Part shown: piece by piece, positions 12,801-26,384 of the stretch
Layout of the letters: every line of letters starts with the position of its first letter
How positions within the stretch are numbered: the first letter of the stretch is position 1
DNA from: Eledone cirrhosa
Lineage: Eukaryota
DNA: 64,000 bases
NCBI GenBank assembly: GCA_964016885.1
Contig: OZ024752.1
Coordinates: forward strand, 43,772,001-43,836,000
Direction of reading: 5' to 3'
Program-made: the position numbers and the translations under genes
The notes under the pieces: model-generated
The model's input: the letters and a program-made list of their open reading frames with translations, nothing else
The model's database searches: none
Told to the model about the DNA's origin: nothing

Positions 12801-15800
12801 GCCAAATAAATCCTGAGGTGTTGCTGAAAACCTGCAGTAGTAGTAGTACAGGAAGAAGAAATAAAGTGGGAAACCAAGTTTCCATTCCGGGTTTTCGATC
12901 AACCCATGACAGTCTCAGTTATGCTACGGCCCTTAAGGGTGTCATGAACTAATATAAAACAACATAATAAAGTGTGAAGTCAGCACACAATGTAAACTGG
13001 TGACCAATAAGCAGTGAATGAATTTTTCATTTAATTTCAATTGTTTTTTTTTTCTTTGCAAGTATAATTATTTTCAGAATGACCACAAAAATATAATTTT
13101 GATGGTTTTTTTTAAATAGAATGCAAAACAAACCCCCAAAATGTCACGGAGTTCACTAAATCTAGAACTGAAACAGTGTGTAACTATTTATATAAGACTG
13201 GACACTCTCTGGCAAATTACACACACACATACATTTTATATATATATATATATAAAGACACCAAATACATATACCCAACATCAAGTTTTCTGTTTAAATG
13301 GTGAAGAACTAGAGGGATGATCTTGAGGTTAAGGAGTTCACTTGACAACCATGTGGTTGTGGGTTCAATCTCACTGAATGCTACCTTCAGTAAATGTCTT
13401 CTATTTTAGCCACACTTTGATGTTTTGTGATTGGAATTTTGTAGATGGAACCTGCAGAAGCCCACTCTTTATGTATGTGTATATATCATCATCATTGTCG
13501 TTTTAACGTCCTCTTTCCCTACTAACAAAGGTTGGACAGGTAAACCAAGTCCGTACTGAAGTGGAGCCATTGATCTCTCAGGCAGGCCAGGGACTTGTGC
13601 GTTTATATAGTCTCACGTTAAACCGAGTGCTCAAGAGAGGTTGCCATGCCTTTGACACAATTGAGGGTCACCCCAATCCTTTGGCAAGATTTCTATGGCT
13701 AGATGCCCTTCCTATCACCCCATATGTGTGTGTCACTGCATATTTCCCGTAAATTAGCAGATTGATAGTCTAAGGTTCCAGCTAGGTTAAGAGATGAAGC
13801 AAATCTAAGTAATGCCTGATGGTAACAAAAATGTACATGCAAACATCATGAGAGTTTAGAAGCAGTCTAAGGTGGAGAAATATTGGATATTTATAATTAT
13901 CATGCATCAACATGCAATTCTATATGGCAAGGTTCAGATATCCCTGATAACATGTTTTAAATTTCAAAAGTTGATAGACTTATTGGAGGTACAGCCTTAC
14001 TGGAAATATAGATTTACTGGAGGTACAGGCTTCATAGAGGTACAGGCTTACTGGAGGTACAGGCTTACTGGAGGTACAGGCTTACTGGAGGTACAGGCTT
14101 ACTGGAGGTACAGGCTTACTAGAGGTACAGGCTTACTAGAGGTACAGGTTCACTGGAGGTACAGGCTTACTAGAGGTACAGGTTCACTGGAGGTACATTC
14201 TTATTGAAAGTACAGGTTCACTGAAGGTACAGACTTACTAGCGGTACATTCTTATTGGAAATACAGGTTCACTGGAGGTACATGCTTACTGGAGGTACAT
14301 GTTCACTGTCAACTTTGACATTCATCCCAAGTCCCTAAACTCATTAATTCCCTCTAAAATACAGTCAGAAGTTGACAGAGAAACACTGACAACCGGACAG
14401 CTGGATAATAAGGGCCAGAGATGTGTTTTCACTGGTCAGCTAAGTTGTATTTCAATTTCATTTCAGCCTTTGTAAAGCAGCTTCAATGACTTCAGTTTTT
14501 TTTTTTGTGATATTTTGTCAGCTTTTGATTTTTTAAAACATCAAATCCAGTGGCCCATCAGGCCGAAATATCCTTATAGCCAGTTTGTCTCTGAAGCAGT
14601 CATAATGCTGCCTTCTACTTTCCGAGAATGTCTTGCTAATGCTATTTCATTAAGAATTAATATACCAAACAGTGAGGCACATGGGTTAGTGGTTAGAGCA
14701 TTGGCCTTGCAATCGAATGGTTGTGAGTTCAATTCTCAGATCAAGTGATGTGTTGTTTCCTTGAGTAAGACACTTTATTTCACATTGCTCCAGTTCACTC
14801 AGCTGTTGAAATGAGATGATAGGGACTGGGGTCCATATCATTCCACTGCAAAGTGGTCTTAGAGGTGCCACGGCAAAAAGCACCCAGCACTCACTGTAAA
14901 TGAGGTTGGTGTTAGGAAGGGCATCCAGCTGTAGAAATCAAGCCAGAATCAGTTCCCATCCCACCCTTGCAAGCAGGGAAAAGCGGATGTAAAATGATGA
15001 TGATGACAAAGTTTCTTTTCTTAGTAGGAACCACCAAACAGACGAAAACAAAAATAGAAAAATAAAATCCTCCAACAAGTCCAAGAAGTGTTGCAAGAAC
15101 AACATTAATATAGCCTGAATATTTTCAGTGAAAAGGTTAGTGAATATGATGTTGATAGATGTTTCTTGATATTTCATCATAAAAAATATTGCCATCCATA
15201 ATTGAAATTTAAAATAAATATAATCAAGATAACTTTTAATGATAATTTAACAGCCAATGTAAGTTTTAATGGTAATTTAGCAGCCAAAGTAAGTTTTAAT
15301 GGTAATTTAGCAGCCAAGCTAAGTTTTAATGGTAATTTAACAGCCATGATAAATTTTAATGATATTTTAACAGCCAAGATAAATAGCCTAGTTTATTTTG
15401 TGTCTAGAAATTAAATATTACTTTATGTTTCGTAAATTATGTATGTATGTATATAAATATATATATATATATAAATACATTACATACACACATACATACA
15501 TGTGTGTCTGCATATATTATATTGCATTCATTGAATATTGCAGTGCACCTTTACAGAGTATTCAGCTGACTTCACCAGCAACATAGTCAATATCACCAGT
15601 CCAGAATCAGTTCCTTGTTGCCTATAAAGAAAACATTGATACACACACATTCACACATGGACACAATGTGTACAACGCACTTGTGGATAGCCACAAACAC
15701 ACACACACTCTCTTGTTGTAGACATACATACACACACAAAGATAAACTTAGAAAAGAAATTATCCCCATTGTTGTTCCAGGTAAAAAATTGATGGTTCCT

Positions 15801-16881
15801 AGCGAAGGGGAAGAAAAGGGGGGAGCAAAAAAAAAAAGGCCTACAGCTGAAATAAAAGGTAGTAAACTTTTAAAACAACACATGATAGGACAGAGGGAAG
15901 AAGAAGAAAAAGAAGCAGCAGCAGCAAAAAGTACACCAGTTCACCATTTTTCATCGTCAATGATGTGTGCAGACTTCATCACAAAATACCCTAAAAGAGG
16001 AGGAATTGAGTGAAAATACCAGGATACTAAAGAAAAAAAAAGGTAATGAAGAAAAGTTCACCCCACCCCACCTATCTTCATTGTTAGAAGCAGATCTTTG
16101 TGTGGTCTTTAGAAAAATAGTAAATAAAAATAGTAATTAAAAAGAAACTGAGATTGTGTGTTTATTAGACAATTGCTGTCTAATATAATCCTGCCATTTT
16201 CTCCAGAAAATCTGGTGCCATAGCCCAAAAGACAATGGGCAGACAAATAGGAGACAACATCAGACGGTCTCTTGCTAGTACATGTTGCATCATTATTAAA
16301 CTTCAAAAGATGAAAACAATTATATATGCATATTATATACAGTCAACAATCTGCCGAGAAAAATTACTTGCTTTAGTGGGTTTTTTTCCTGTTTTTCTTT
16401 TATAGACAATTTTTCTAAATATTTTGTTGTAAAAATTAAATTTAAAAAAAGAAAAGAGCAAATTTTCTTAACATTAACCTTTTTAGCACCATGGCCCTTC
16501 TGACTATAGAGAAAACCACTATAGTGTCAGACACAAGGCCAGCAATTTGAGGAAGGGGAGTCAATTAAATCGACCCCAGTACATTACTGGTACTTTATTT
16601 TATTGACTACGTAAGCATGACTAATAACAATCACTGCAGCAACAAATTGCAAATCAGTTAAAATTAAAGAATAACACTCTCCAATTATATATATATATAT
16701 TTAAGCCACACATACAATTGCTAATGGATTTATATTGTTTTAATTATACATATTAACATATCAACAATCACGTATGAGGGAGTGATATTAAAATTAATAC
16801 AGAAAAATATACAAGAGGAATAATGTTCCCAGGCAAATTGTATCTGATATATCTTGAAGTGGTTGTTAATTCAAGGGGAAG

Positions 16882-16918
<37 letters not shown>

Positions 16919-17389
16919 TCGTAGTTGTTAAACTAAACATTTCAAAGAAAAAGCATGAAAGGAGAAAGAGAAAAAAAGATTAGAAGGTTGAGTGCCTGAG
17001 TAGTTGTGTCATCCCTGGAATCAGTGGCAGTACCGCTGCTACTGCTGCTACTGTTGACGCTGCTACCGCTTCCTGCTAGCTTCTTCTGCAGGTGACTTTT
17101 ATAGGCAGCCCTCAATGACTCCCACTCCAGGCACGTTGGACGAATGCTCCAGACATCTGGCAAGAAAAGCACGACAGTCTCAACACGAGCAGGCACCAGT
17201 CGCCCCTTATGCATCTCCTCAGGACGAATGTACCGTATCTCTGCGAATCGATACCTGTTAGGAAGGGGTTAATGAAAAAAGAAGATTTTGCTAATAAAAA
17301 GATGGTCGAGAACTTTGGACATCTGGCTATTCAAACAACAGCCACGGCTACACACACACATACATATATATATATATACAGACACATAT

Positions 17390-17444
<55 letters not shown>

Positions 17445-20400
17445 AAATCAACAACAATTACAATAAAAGAAATTTATTTAGTGGTATTAATTTTTCTGAA
17501 TTGTTTCACAACATCCCATAAAGACATTAAAACATTGGCAATAGTTTGAAAACAACTTACAACATTATAATAATAATAGTAATAATAGTAATAATATTAT
17601 TATTGTTATTATTATTATTATTAATAATAATAATAGTGGTAGTAATATTATTATTATTATTATAATTTCATTATTTTGCTACCGTGGCAACAAAGTGACT
17701 AACATTACAAAACAATATTCCTCCTACATAATCTAGACAATTGTTTCATCATGGCCAGATATATCCTACAGTAGTGACCCCAGATATATCCTACAGTAGT
17801 GACCCCTACCATCCCTATACATCTATTTCACCAGAAAATCTGGTACTTATGACAATAATGTAGAAATAAATGGTTTACAGACTCTTTTTATATAGACACA
17901 GAGCATCATGGGTATATATTGAGAAGAAATGAGCTGCTAAGTGTATGTAGGGGCTACAGTATTAGACCAAGGAAATGAGATGTTTGTGTATGTAGGGGCT
18001 ACATTATAAGACCAAGTGGTGCATTGTCTTTTAAACATGCCCCATCCAGTCCACTCAGCTGGAAAAAAGTAAAATGAATAATGGCAATAGCTGGGAGTCA
18101 ACCCCTGCAATGGACTGGCATCCAGTCCAGACTTTTCATTATAGGAACCTCATCATTAAAATATCTGAAGTACCTCCTGTGAGATGCAACTTTATAGGAA
18201 GCCAGTTTAAAGCTAGTTAAGTGTGAGCTGTAACACACTTTTGAATACAATTTAGAGTGTAAGTGGTAAACTAGAAGTTAAATTAGGCAGTAAATTGATG
18301 GAGTCATTAAAACCCTGATCAAAATACATCGCAGTATTTATTCCGGCTTCTCGAACTGAGTTCAAATTCCACCAGGGTTAATAAAATATAGTACCAATGG
18401 AATAATCAAAGTGTTTGATTAAATGCCTAAAGATAGGTTTGTCCACCTCTTGTCCATTACAAGATCAAATCTTTCTGTGGCCAACTTGGGTGGTAGATTT
18501 AAGCCATAAGCAAATTCAATACCATTGCCTGGTCCTTTTCGTACTTTTACCAGAATGCACAGAAGAATTAGGACCAGGTCTCTGGTGTGAGAATACTTTA
18601 ATTCCTCCCTTTTTATTAGGAGAGAGGGATGTGTGTGTGTGTGTGTGGGGGGGGGGGGGGGGCTTAAAAGGACCATGAGCATTCCCCTTCCCTCCCTGAC
18701 TAAATGGTAAAAAACAATGTTATTAAATCAGAACCAAAAACTGACAAAATGAGAGAATATGAACCAAGTTACCTGTATGAAAAAAAAAAAAAATATCTTG
18801 AAAAAGTTAAAGGAATCAAATAAGAAAATAAATAAATAATAATAAAGTGGATTTGTTTGGGTTTCTGGAACATGTGGTTCAAACCCCAGGAATCACTTCG
18901 TCTGTAAAATAACTGAAGAGTTTCTGAAAAATAACAGGAAAAAAGACAACAATAATAATAATAATTTGTAATACTTACCACTGGGTGCATATACTGAGAT
19001 CTATATTTGTTAGGGCACGGGTACAACGGATAGCAGTCTTGATTAAAACTTTAGGGTCCTCTCCTGGATTTGGACCATCTAGTGATGGAGACCAGGGCCC
19101 ACCTATTGACATGGGTTCATTTTTACCCTTCAACCCAACAAGAAATTGTATGAGGCGGGTTGGGTGTTGGTAATTGGCCTGCTCACTGCGAGAATTGTCA
19201 GGAGAATCTTCAGCTGAACCACAGCACTTCAAGAAAATATCTTCTAATTTGGGACTTGACAATAACATCACCTGAAATGAACAATTTCAACCAATAAGTA
19301 TTACTATGACATTGGTATGGACATGTGATGAGTATGAAGGATGACAACTGGATTATAAGAAGGTGCAGGTTGCTCAAAGTTGACGGAAATTATGAAGTAG
19401 GAAAACATAGGAAGATTTGAGATCTTGAACAATTGCACCTCTCAAAGGCAATGGCACAGTAATACAGAAGACCTGCCTTCCCTTGTGTTGAAGCATACAC
19501 CTAGTATGTACCACTTCCCTCTACCTTCTCCCCACTCCGTTCCATACACCTCCCATGTCATAACACCACACCCTTCACCAGATAAATGCACCACCCTAGA
19601 TCTTCCGCTCAAACCCCCATGCTCCTCCCCCACTTTGTCCCACAATAAAGTGGTTGGCATTAGGAAGGGTGTCCAGCCATAGAAACCAAGCCATAATCAG
19701 TTCTGTATGAGCAAGACACAGTCATTTGAAAATTTATAGACAGTATCTTTCATTAGAAATATAGTAACGAAAGGGTTAAATCTAACAACTCTTATGCCAG
19801 AAAGAAGTATCTTACTTTTGCACTGTATAAATGGTCAGCATCAGATGGTTCCAGTGCTGGTGAACTACTCTCAGTGCCAGCAAGACAGACAGGTTCAGTA
19901 TCCTTAGGCATCACATGAAAAGAACAATCAGTACCCAGCTGGAATGGACGATACAAAGGAAAAGCTGAAGTCCACGTGAAATTTGCTTGAAAAAAGTCAC
20001 TAGGGATATAGAGGTTACTATAACGGGATTTCAGGACCATGACATTAGCTTCTTTCCTACAAAGAGACAAAAAAATACATTATGATTATTATTAGTAGTT
20101 TAATTTTTATTGTATGTTGTTACATTACCAAATACAGCTGTATATCGTGGCTATGTGTAGTGTTATTTATGTTGCCATTCCAAAGGAGCTGAACAAAAAT
20201 AACACATTGTAATTTATATTAATAGATAATATGCTTAATTGAGGAACCAGATTGGTTAATACTCTATCATAATCTGTTCAATTAAACATTTAATAAAGTT
20301 AAAAGACAATTTTAGAAATACACCAAACAGTTCTTACGTTTCTAACGATAACTTTGGTATTTGAACAACATATCTCGGTACAACTCTTGGATTTCTCCTT

Positions 20401-21925
20401 CTCTTTGGACTGCGGGCTCTCTGAGATGGTGAATGGGAACGATGGTTGTTTGGTGATCGTGGTCGTTTGTTTAGTGACTTGTCCCGTCTCTGTTCTCGTC
20501 TTTCTCTCTCACGCATCTCCCTGTCTTTATCTCTTTGTTCTCTCTCTCTATCGCGGTCAAATCTCATCACCATATTGCCACGCCGAGCTGACATTGGGAC
20601 CCGTATTGTACCGCTCTGTTGAATTAGAGCTAGATTAAAGAAATTAAAGAGAATTAAAACATGATTAAAACTAATGGTGGACTGCAAAGTTAAAACATAC
20701 AACAAAAAGTGAGTTAATGTTTTGTGAGAAAATATACTGTATATATTTGTATCATACCAATAGATAGAAAATATACTGTATATATTTGTATCGCATCAAT
20801 AGATAGAAAATATACTGTATATATTTGTGTCGCAGCAATATATATGTCACACTTTTACAGATATTTACAATGCACTACATATTTTGAATTAAGTTTTACT
20901 TGATCCAGTAAATAAATTGCAAGTTAGTTTTCCCTGATATATTTTTATGGAAAATGGTGCCATCTAGAAATAAGTAAATATAATATCTAAACCCCCAGGT
21001 TTTCCAATAGATCATCTCTACAACATAGTAGCAGATTTTTGGACTAAGCATAAAGATAGTATAGAAGGTATGTCATAGTTGATGAACTCAATTTAGTATA
21101 TTAGCTAAAACCTGATTTTATGTCTGTCTTCCATGCTGGTATTGGATGGTTTGTAACAGTTTAAGACTAGATCAGAGAACCATATCTCTGTCATACTCTC
21201 ATATGATTGGGGGGAGTCTAATAACTTAACCACTAGGTAATGTCAAATGGAGCTCCCACATGTGAGTGTGTGCATGTATGTGTGTACATGTGAGAGTGAG
21301 TGTGTGTGTGTGTCTACATGTGAGAGTGTGTGTGTGTGCGTACATGTGAGAGAGTGTGTGTGTGTATGTGTGTATACATGTGAGAGTGTGTGGGTTCATA
21401 GAGTCTTTATACCAAAGAAGAGGGAGAAACAATGAAACATTACATGGAGGAGGAGCAACTGTAGCAACAGGAGGTCGTATCTGTCCCATTAATGGAGGTG
21501 GTTGCTGGTTTATTGTTGGGGGCTGTACAGGTGGAGGTGCAGCAACAGGAGTTGGAATGGATGGAGTAATGTTTGGTGAGACTGGTGGAGCAATACTTGG
21601 TGCCATCACTGGTGTTTGAGCAATTGTTGGAGTGACCACGGTTGCTGTTACCCCGAGTGGAGAAGATCCCACAAGGGTTGTTGGGTTGGAGATCACCAGG
21701 GTTTGGCTATTTGCTATTTGACCCATCTGTGCTGGAGCCACATTCTGGAAAGACAAGGTAAAATAAAATAGAAGCCCCATCTGGAGTGTTCAAGTAAATT
21801 ATTATTATTATTATTTTACATCCATTTCTCCATACTTGAAGAAAGACAACCTGCAGGAGATATTGTTAGTGCAGGGCATAAATGGCAGTGGCAACAGTAA
21901 TATCAATATAAAGGTACACATACAT

Positions 21926-21968
<43 letters not shown>

Positions 21969-23448
21969 AACAATTGGCTTCTACAATTTAACAAAAAGCA
22001 AGACAATACCTGGTTGGGAAGAACTTGAATTCGAGTAGCATTCCACTTGAAAGGCATATTGGGATTGTATGTAGCTTCCACTAACACTCTATCAGCTACT
22101 TTTGGTAGCGGACCTTTACAACAGCTGAAGAAAAGGAAACAATTATTACCTGGACAATACAAAAGTGGAGCAAGAATTCTCTGGAAAATATGAAAGAGCA
22201 AAAAAAAAAAGGGGGGGGGGGTCTAAATTTCTATTTAGGCAGAGAAATGGTTTTGTGGTTAAAAAGTTTGCTTTGCAGTCACATGGTTTAGGGTTCACTT
22301 CCACCGAGTGACTCCTTGGGTGTCTGCTATTAATCTTCAGTTTACCAATACGTTGTGACTGAAATTTAGTAGATGGAAGCTGTAGAAGACCATTGTATGC
22401 GTGCCTGTGTTTATGAACCCTGATTTAGAAGTTTGGTACTTATTTTATCAATCCCTTTTTGTTGGACTTCAACAAATAAGTACCGGGGTCAATGAAATCA
22501 ACTAAATCCCGTTAAGACAGTGCCCTAGTGTATCTGTAGTCGACTGAAACCAGTAAAGGAGTAAAAGAGAAAATAATATGTTTGAATACTTTTTACAGAA
22601 CCTTTCTACATAAATCTGGGTTAGGTAGACAGTATCCCTGTATGTTTTGGAGACTAACAGGTGTCAGGAAAGGCATCAGCTGTAAAACGTTGCCCCCAAA
22701 AGTTCTCTTTAACCTCTGGCAACATGAAAAAGTCAACATAAAAACGATGACAATGACAATGATGATTTCATGTCACTTTGCCAAATAAACACAATAAAGA
22801 ACGAGGTTTACAAGAGTTATTCTGTGAAGCTGATGATGTATGTTAGTTCTGTCCACAATAAACCATTCTCTTGAGAAAATAATACTTATTTTTAAAATGG
22901 TATGCAACATGATGGGAAAACCAGATTGAAGAAAGAAAAAGAAATAAAAAGATATTAAATTACAAGTTGTGCAACACAAATTAGTTTTAATAATGGGTAA
23001 GGGTGGTATATTGGCAGATTTCAGTGCTGGATAAAACACTGCTGTTGTTCAACCTTCCGGGATCAATAAAACAAAGTACCAGTCAAATACTGGGATGGGG
23101 GTTGATTTAATCAACTTTGCCCATCTCCCAAATTTGCTGGCCTTGTGCCTAAATTAAATAATAGGCTTAAAAACCCAACAAACATCCAAAATTTCCATCT
23201 AAATGTTTATAGTCTTCATCTTCAAAATGCTCCAGTATGGCATTTTGGCAGTGAGAGAAACAAAAAGTGAACAAATGTTTCCTAAGTGCATTTTAACTTG
23301 AAATTAAAATATGGAATATCTCCCATAGGAATCATAGATTTCAATGTTATTTTTGATCTTGAAAACCGAGAGCATTAACATTGCACTACATATGGTCTTC
23401 AATACGACTCCATTAAATATGCACTTAATAAATGTGTGTGTGTGCGTG

Positions 23449-23536
<88 letters not shown>

Positions 23537-25589
23537 CATTTATATAACCCTTTCAGTATTATATTTCTAATGTAAGACATTACATGGGATTTTCAAATCA
23601 TTTTGAAAATAAGAATTTGGTGGAATTTGGTAATATATAACTGATTTTCTCATTATTAAGCTGGTTTTTGGAGCATAGCTTAACGAAGGCTCTTACATAA
23701 TGCAAACACAAATTATCATCATCATCTTTATGCCTGCCTGAGTTGGACAAGTCATTCCCAGCAAAAAAAAATCAATAAAATAATTTTTAAAAAAACTAAA
23801 CCAACTTACTTCATCTGAAAAAAGACATCATCATCAACAAAACCAAAATTATCCAGAATTTTGGTGACAGTCCCGGTGAAGAACCTCTGTTTAAGGGACT
23901 GCTGAGCAGGGGCCAGTCGTGTACTGCCGACAGGAGGGGGATAGGAAACACTGGCAACTTGTGTAGTTGTGGCCAGACTTGTTGGGATAGCAATACCAGG
24001 TTGGGACAGAACTTGGCCAGGCTGTAAGGCTGGTGGCTGCAATGACAACAACAACAACATGAACCATCTGGAATAAAAACTCATACAAAAAAAAAAAATT
24101 TTTTTTTTTTATAGGATCCTAGAAACTTCAGGAAGTTGAAAAATTGGATGGAAAGCCTCTTGCAGTATCTGTTCTGAATTTAAATTCTGCTTTCTGTTAC
24201 CAGAAAAATTATGACATAAACTTGGTCCCCTATCATTAATCCTTTAGATACCAATCTACCAAATAAATTAGAATATTCTATCATATTTTTTTTATAAGAA
24301 TCGTTGAAATTATTTTCCAAATATCATCCTAATGAAAAAGACAGTTAAAAAATTCAACAGTCATTTCCCAAATCATTTTAAATACATGTACATCCATGAG
24401 ACCTCCTATAGGGTGTTAACTAAACATATGAGTCATAACTGTTACAAAAATAGGATAATAAGGTTAGGAATACATATCTATAATGAAAGAGCTCAGGAAA
24501 ACAACAACAAATGAATGAAATTAAAAAAGAAAGCTTGACTTACTTGTCCTTGCATACCAACTGGAGGGAGTTGTTGTGGGGCATATTGTGGTTGTGCAAT
24601 AGGTGCTGGTGTTGGTGTAGTTATTGAATAGACGGTAGCTTTTGGAACACCAGCTGATGGCTGATGTAACAGAGCTGTGGTGGCTTGAGGTTGACTCAGG
24701 GAACTCAATGAAGTAGCAGCAGTTACTGTGATAAATTCTGAAGAAATTAAAAAATATGAAAATATTATTTATTGTCAGATGAGATGGTAGACTCACACAC
24801 ACGCTAATACCACCACCACTACCACTACCATTACTACTATTGTTACTCCTGCTGCTATTGTCATTACAATGACCTAGGCCATTGTTCTGTCATTCACCTG
24901 CTCTGCACCACCAGGTAAACACAATTTCTTCTCTGATATATTGAAATTGTATGTACTACAAACTAATTTAACTTCTACTACCACCACTACAATACTATGA
25001 CAGTAACCAACACTTTCTAACGGAAATATTTTCAATAAAAACTATATTTTTACATGCTAGTCATTATATGCATTGTTCAGCTTACAAATCATTCTTCAAA
25101 AATTTATTATACCAATGTTTTAAACCTGTCTCATACCAATTTAAATTTCCAATTACATCAAAACCAGATGTCCCGAGGTAAATATAGTTTTAATTTCTAT
25201 GTTTCAGCCAACTAAAACGAATTTATCCTGCTTTCAACTACCAAAATAGAAGTTAAGATTTACATATGTATGAGAAAGACATATACCATATCTACTTTCA
25301 TAAGTTGCATGTGGATTTTTGTGGGTTCAATATTTTTAGTTAAAAAACTGAGATTTATGAACAAGTGTACTTTTGTTGTTTTACCATTGGCCACACGTAA
25401 CTGGAAGCTTCAAGGTTTCAGACAGAAAGAATCCTCTATGTACAGCATATCACCATATTAGGCTCACATTTGATTAAATAACAACAAAAGGAACTGATGA
25501 TTGAAGAAGATTAGATTAAGTTATATTTTATGGTTTTTAACTGAGTGCCAAAAATAAACATTTATATGATTCAGCTGCTGAGGTGTGTA

Positions 25590-25661
<72 letters not shown>

Positions 25662-26077
25662 GGTGATGGGAAGACCACTAATCATGGGAGTACTCAATAA
25701 TACAGATAAAGAGCTGTGAAATGACATTTACGGTTCACACCTGTGTAGGTTTAACTCACTAATGACGCTTCATCTAACTGCCTGATCCCAGAAACTTATG
25801 ATCAAGAGACTAACACTTTAACCACTAAGTCACACACACAGACAGTTATTTTAATGTTTGTTCCCTTTTTCTCAGCCTCCAGCATATTTTACACCAAATG
25901 TAATTCAAATTATTAAAGGAACCCTTTTAATGTTAGAAATAAGTTTAAATCAATAAATTAATTTATAACTGTCTCCCACCTCAGCTCACCACCTCACACC
26001 ACACCTCACCTCTACAGGCTTTTATAGGAATGAGATATACATTTTTTCTAAGGTACCTTTATGTGAGAGAGAGAGAG

Positions 26078-26129
<52 letters not shown>

Positions 26130-26340
26130 TCCAATATTCCAATATTGAAATGAAATTGAGAAAAAGTCAACCAAGTCGGCTACTCCATTACATGTTGAGC
26201 TGAGTTTCTCATTAATTATAGAGAGATATCAAATAGCAGGGAGGGCGGGGAGGGTAAGAAAGGGGGGGGGGGGTGATAAGATACCATGTAAAAAGATAAA
26301 GAAAGAACTGCTCAGGAGATAATATATCAATGAATGTATG

Positions 26341-26384
<44 letters not shown>

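Noticed and set aside
24037-24070. Upstream alternative acceptor (ttccag at 24068) for CCAR1 exon 3
   Set aside because: It adds 31 nt and shifts the frame; the acceptor ending at 24037 keeps the phase.
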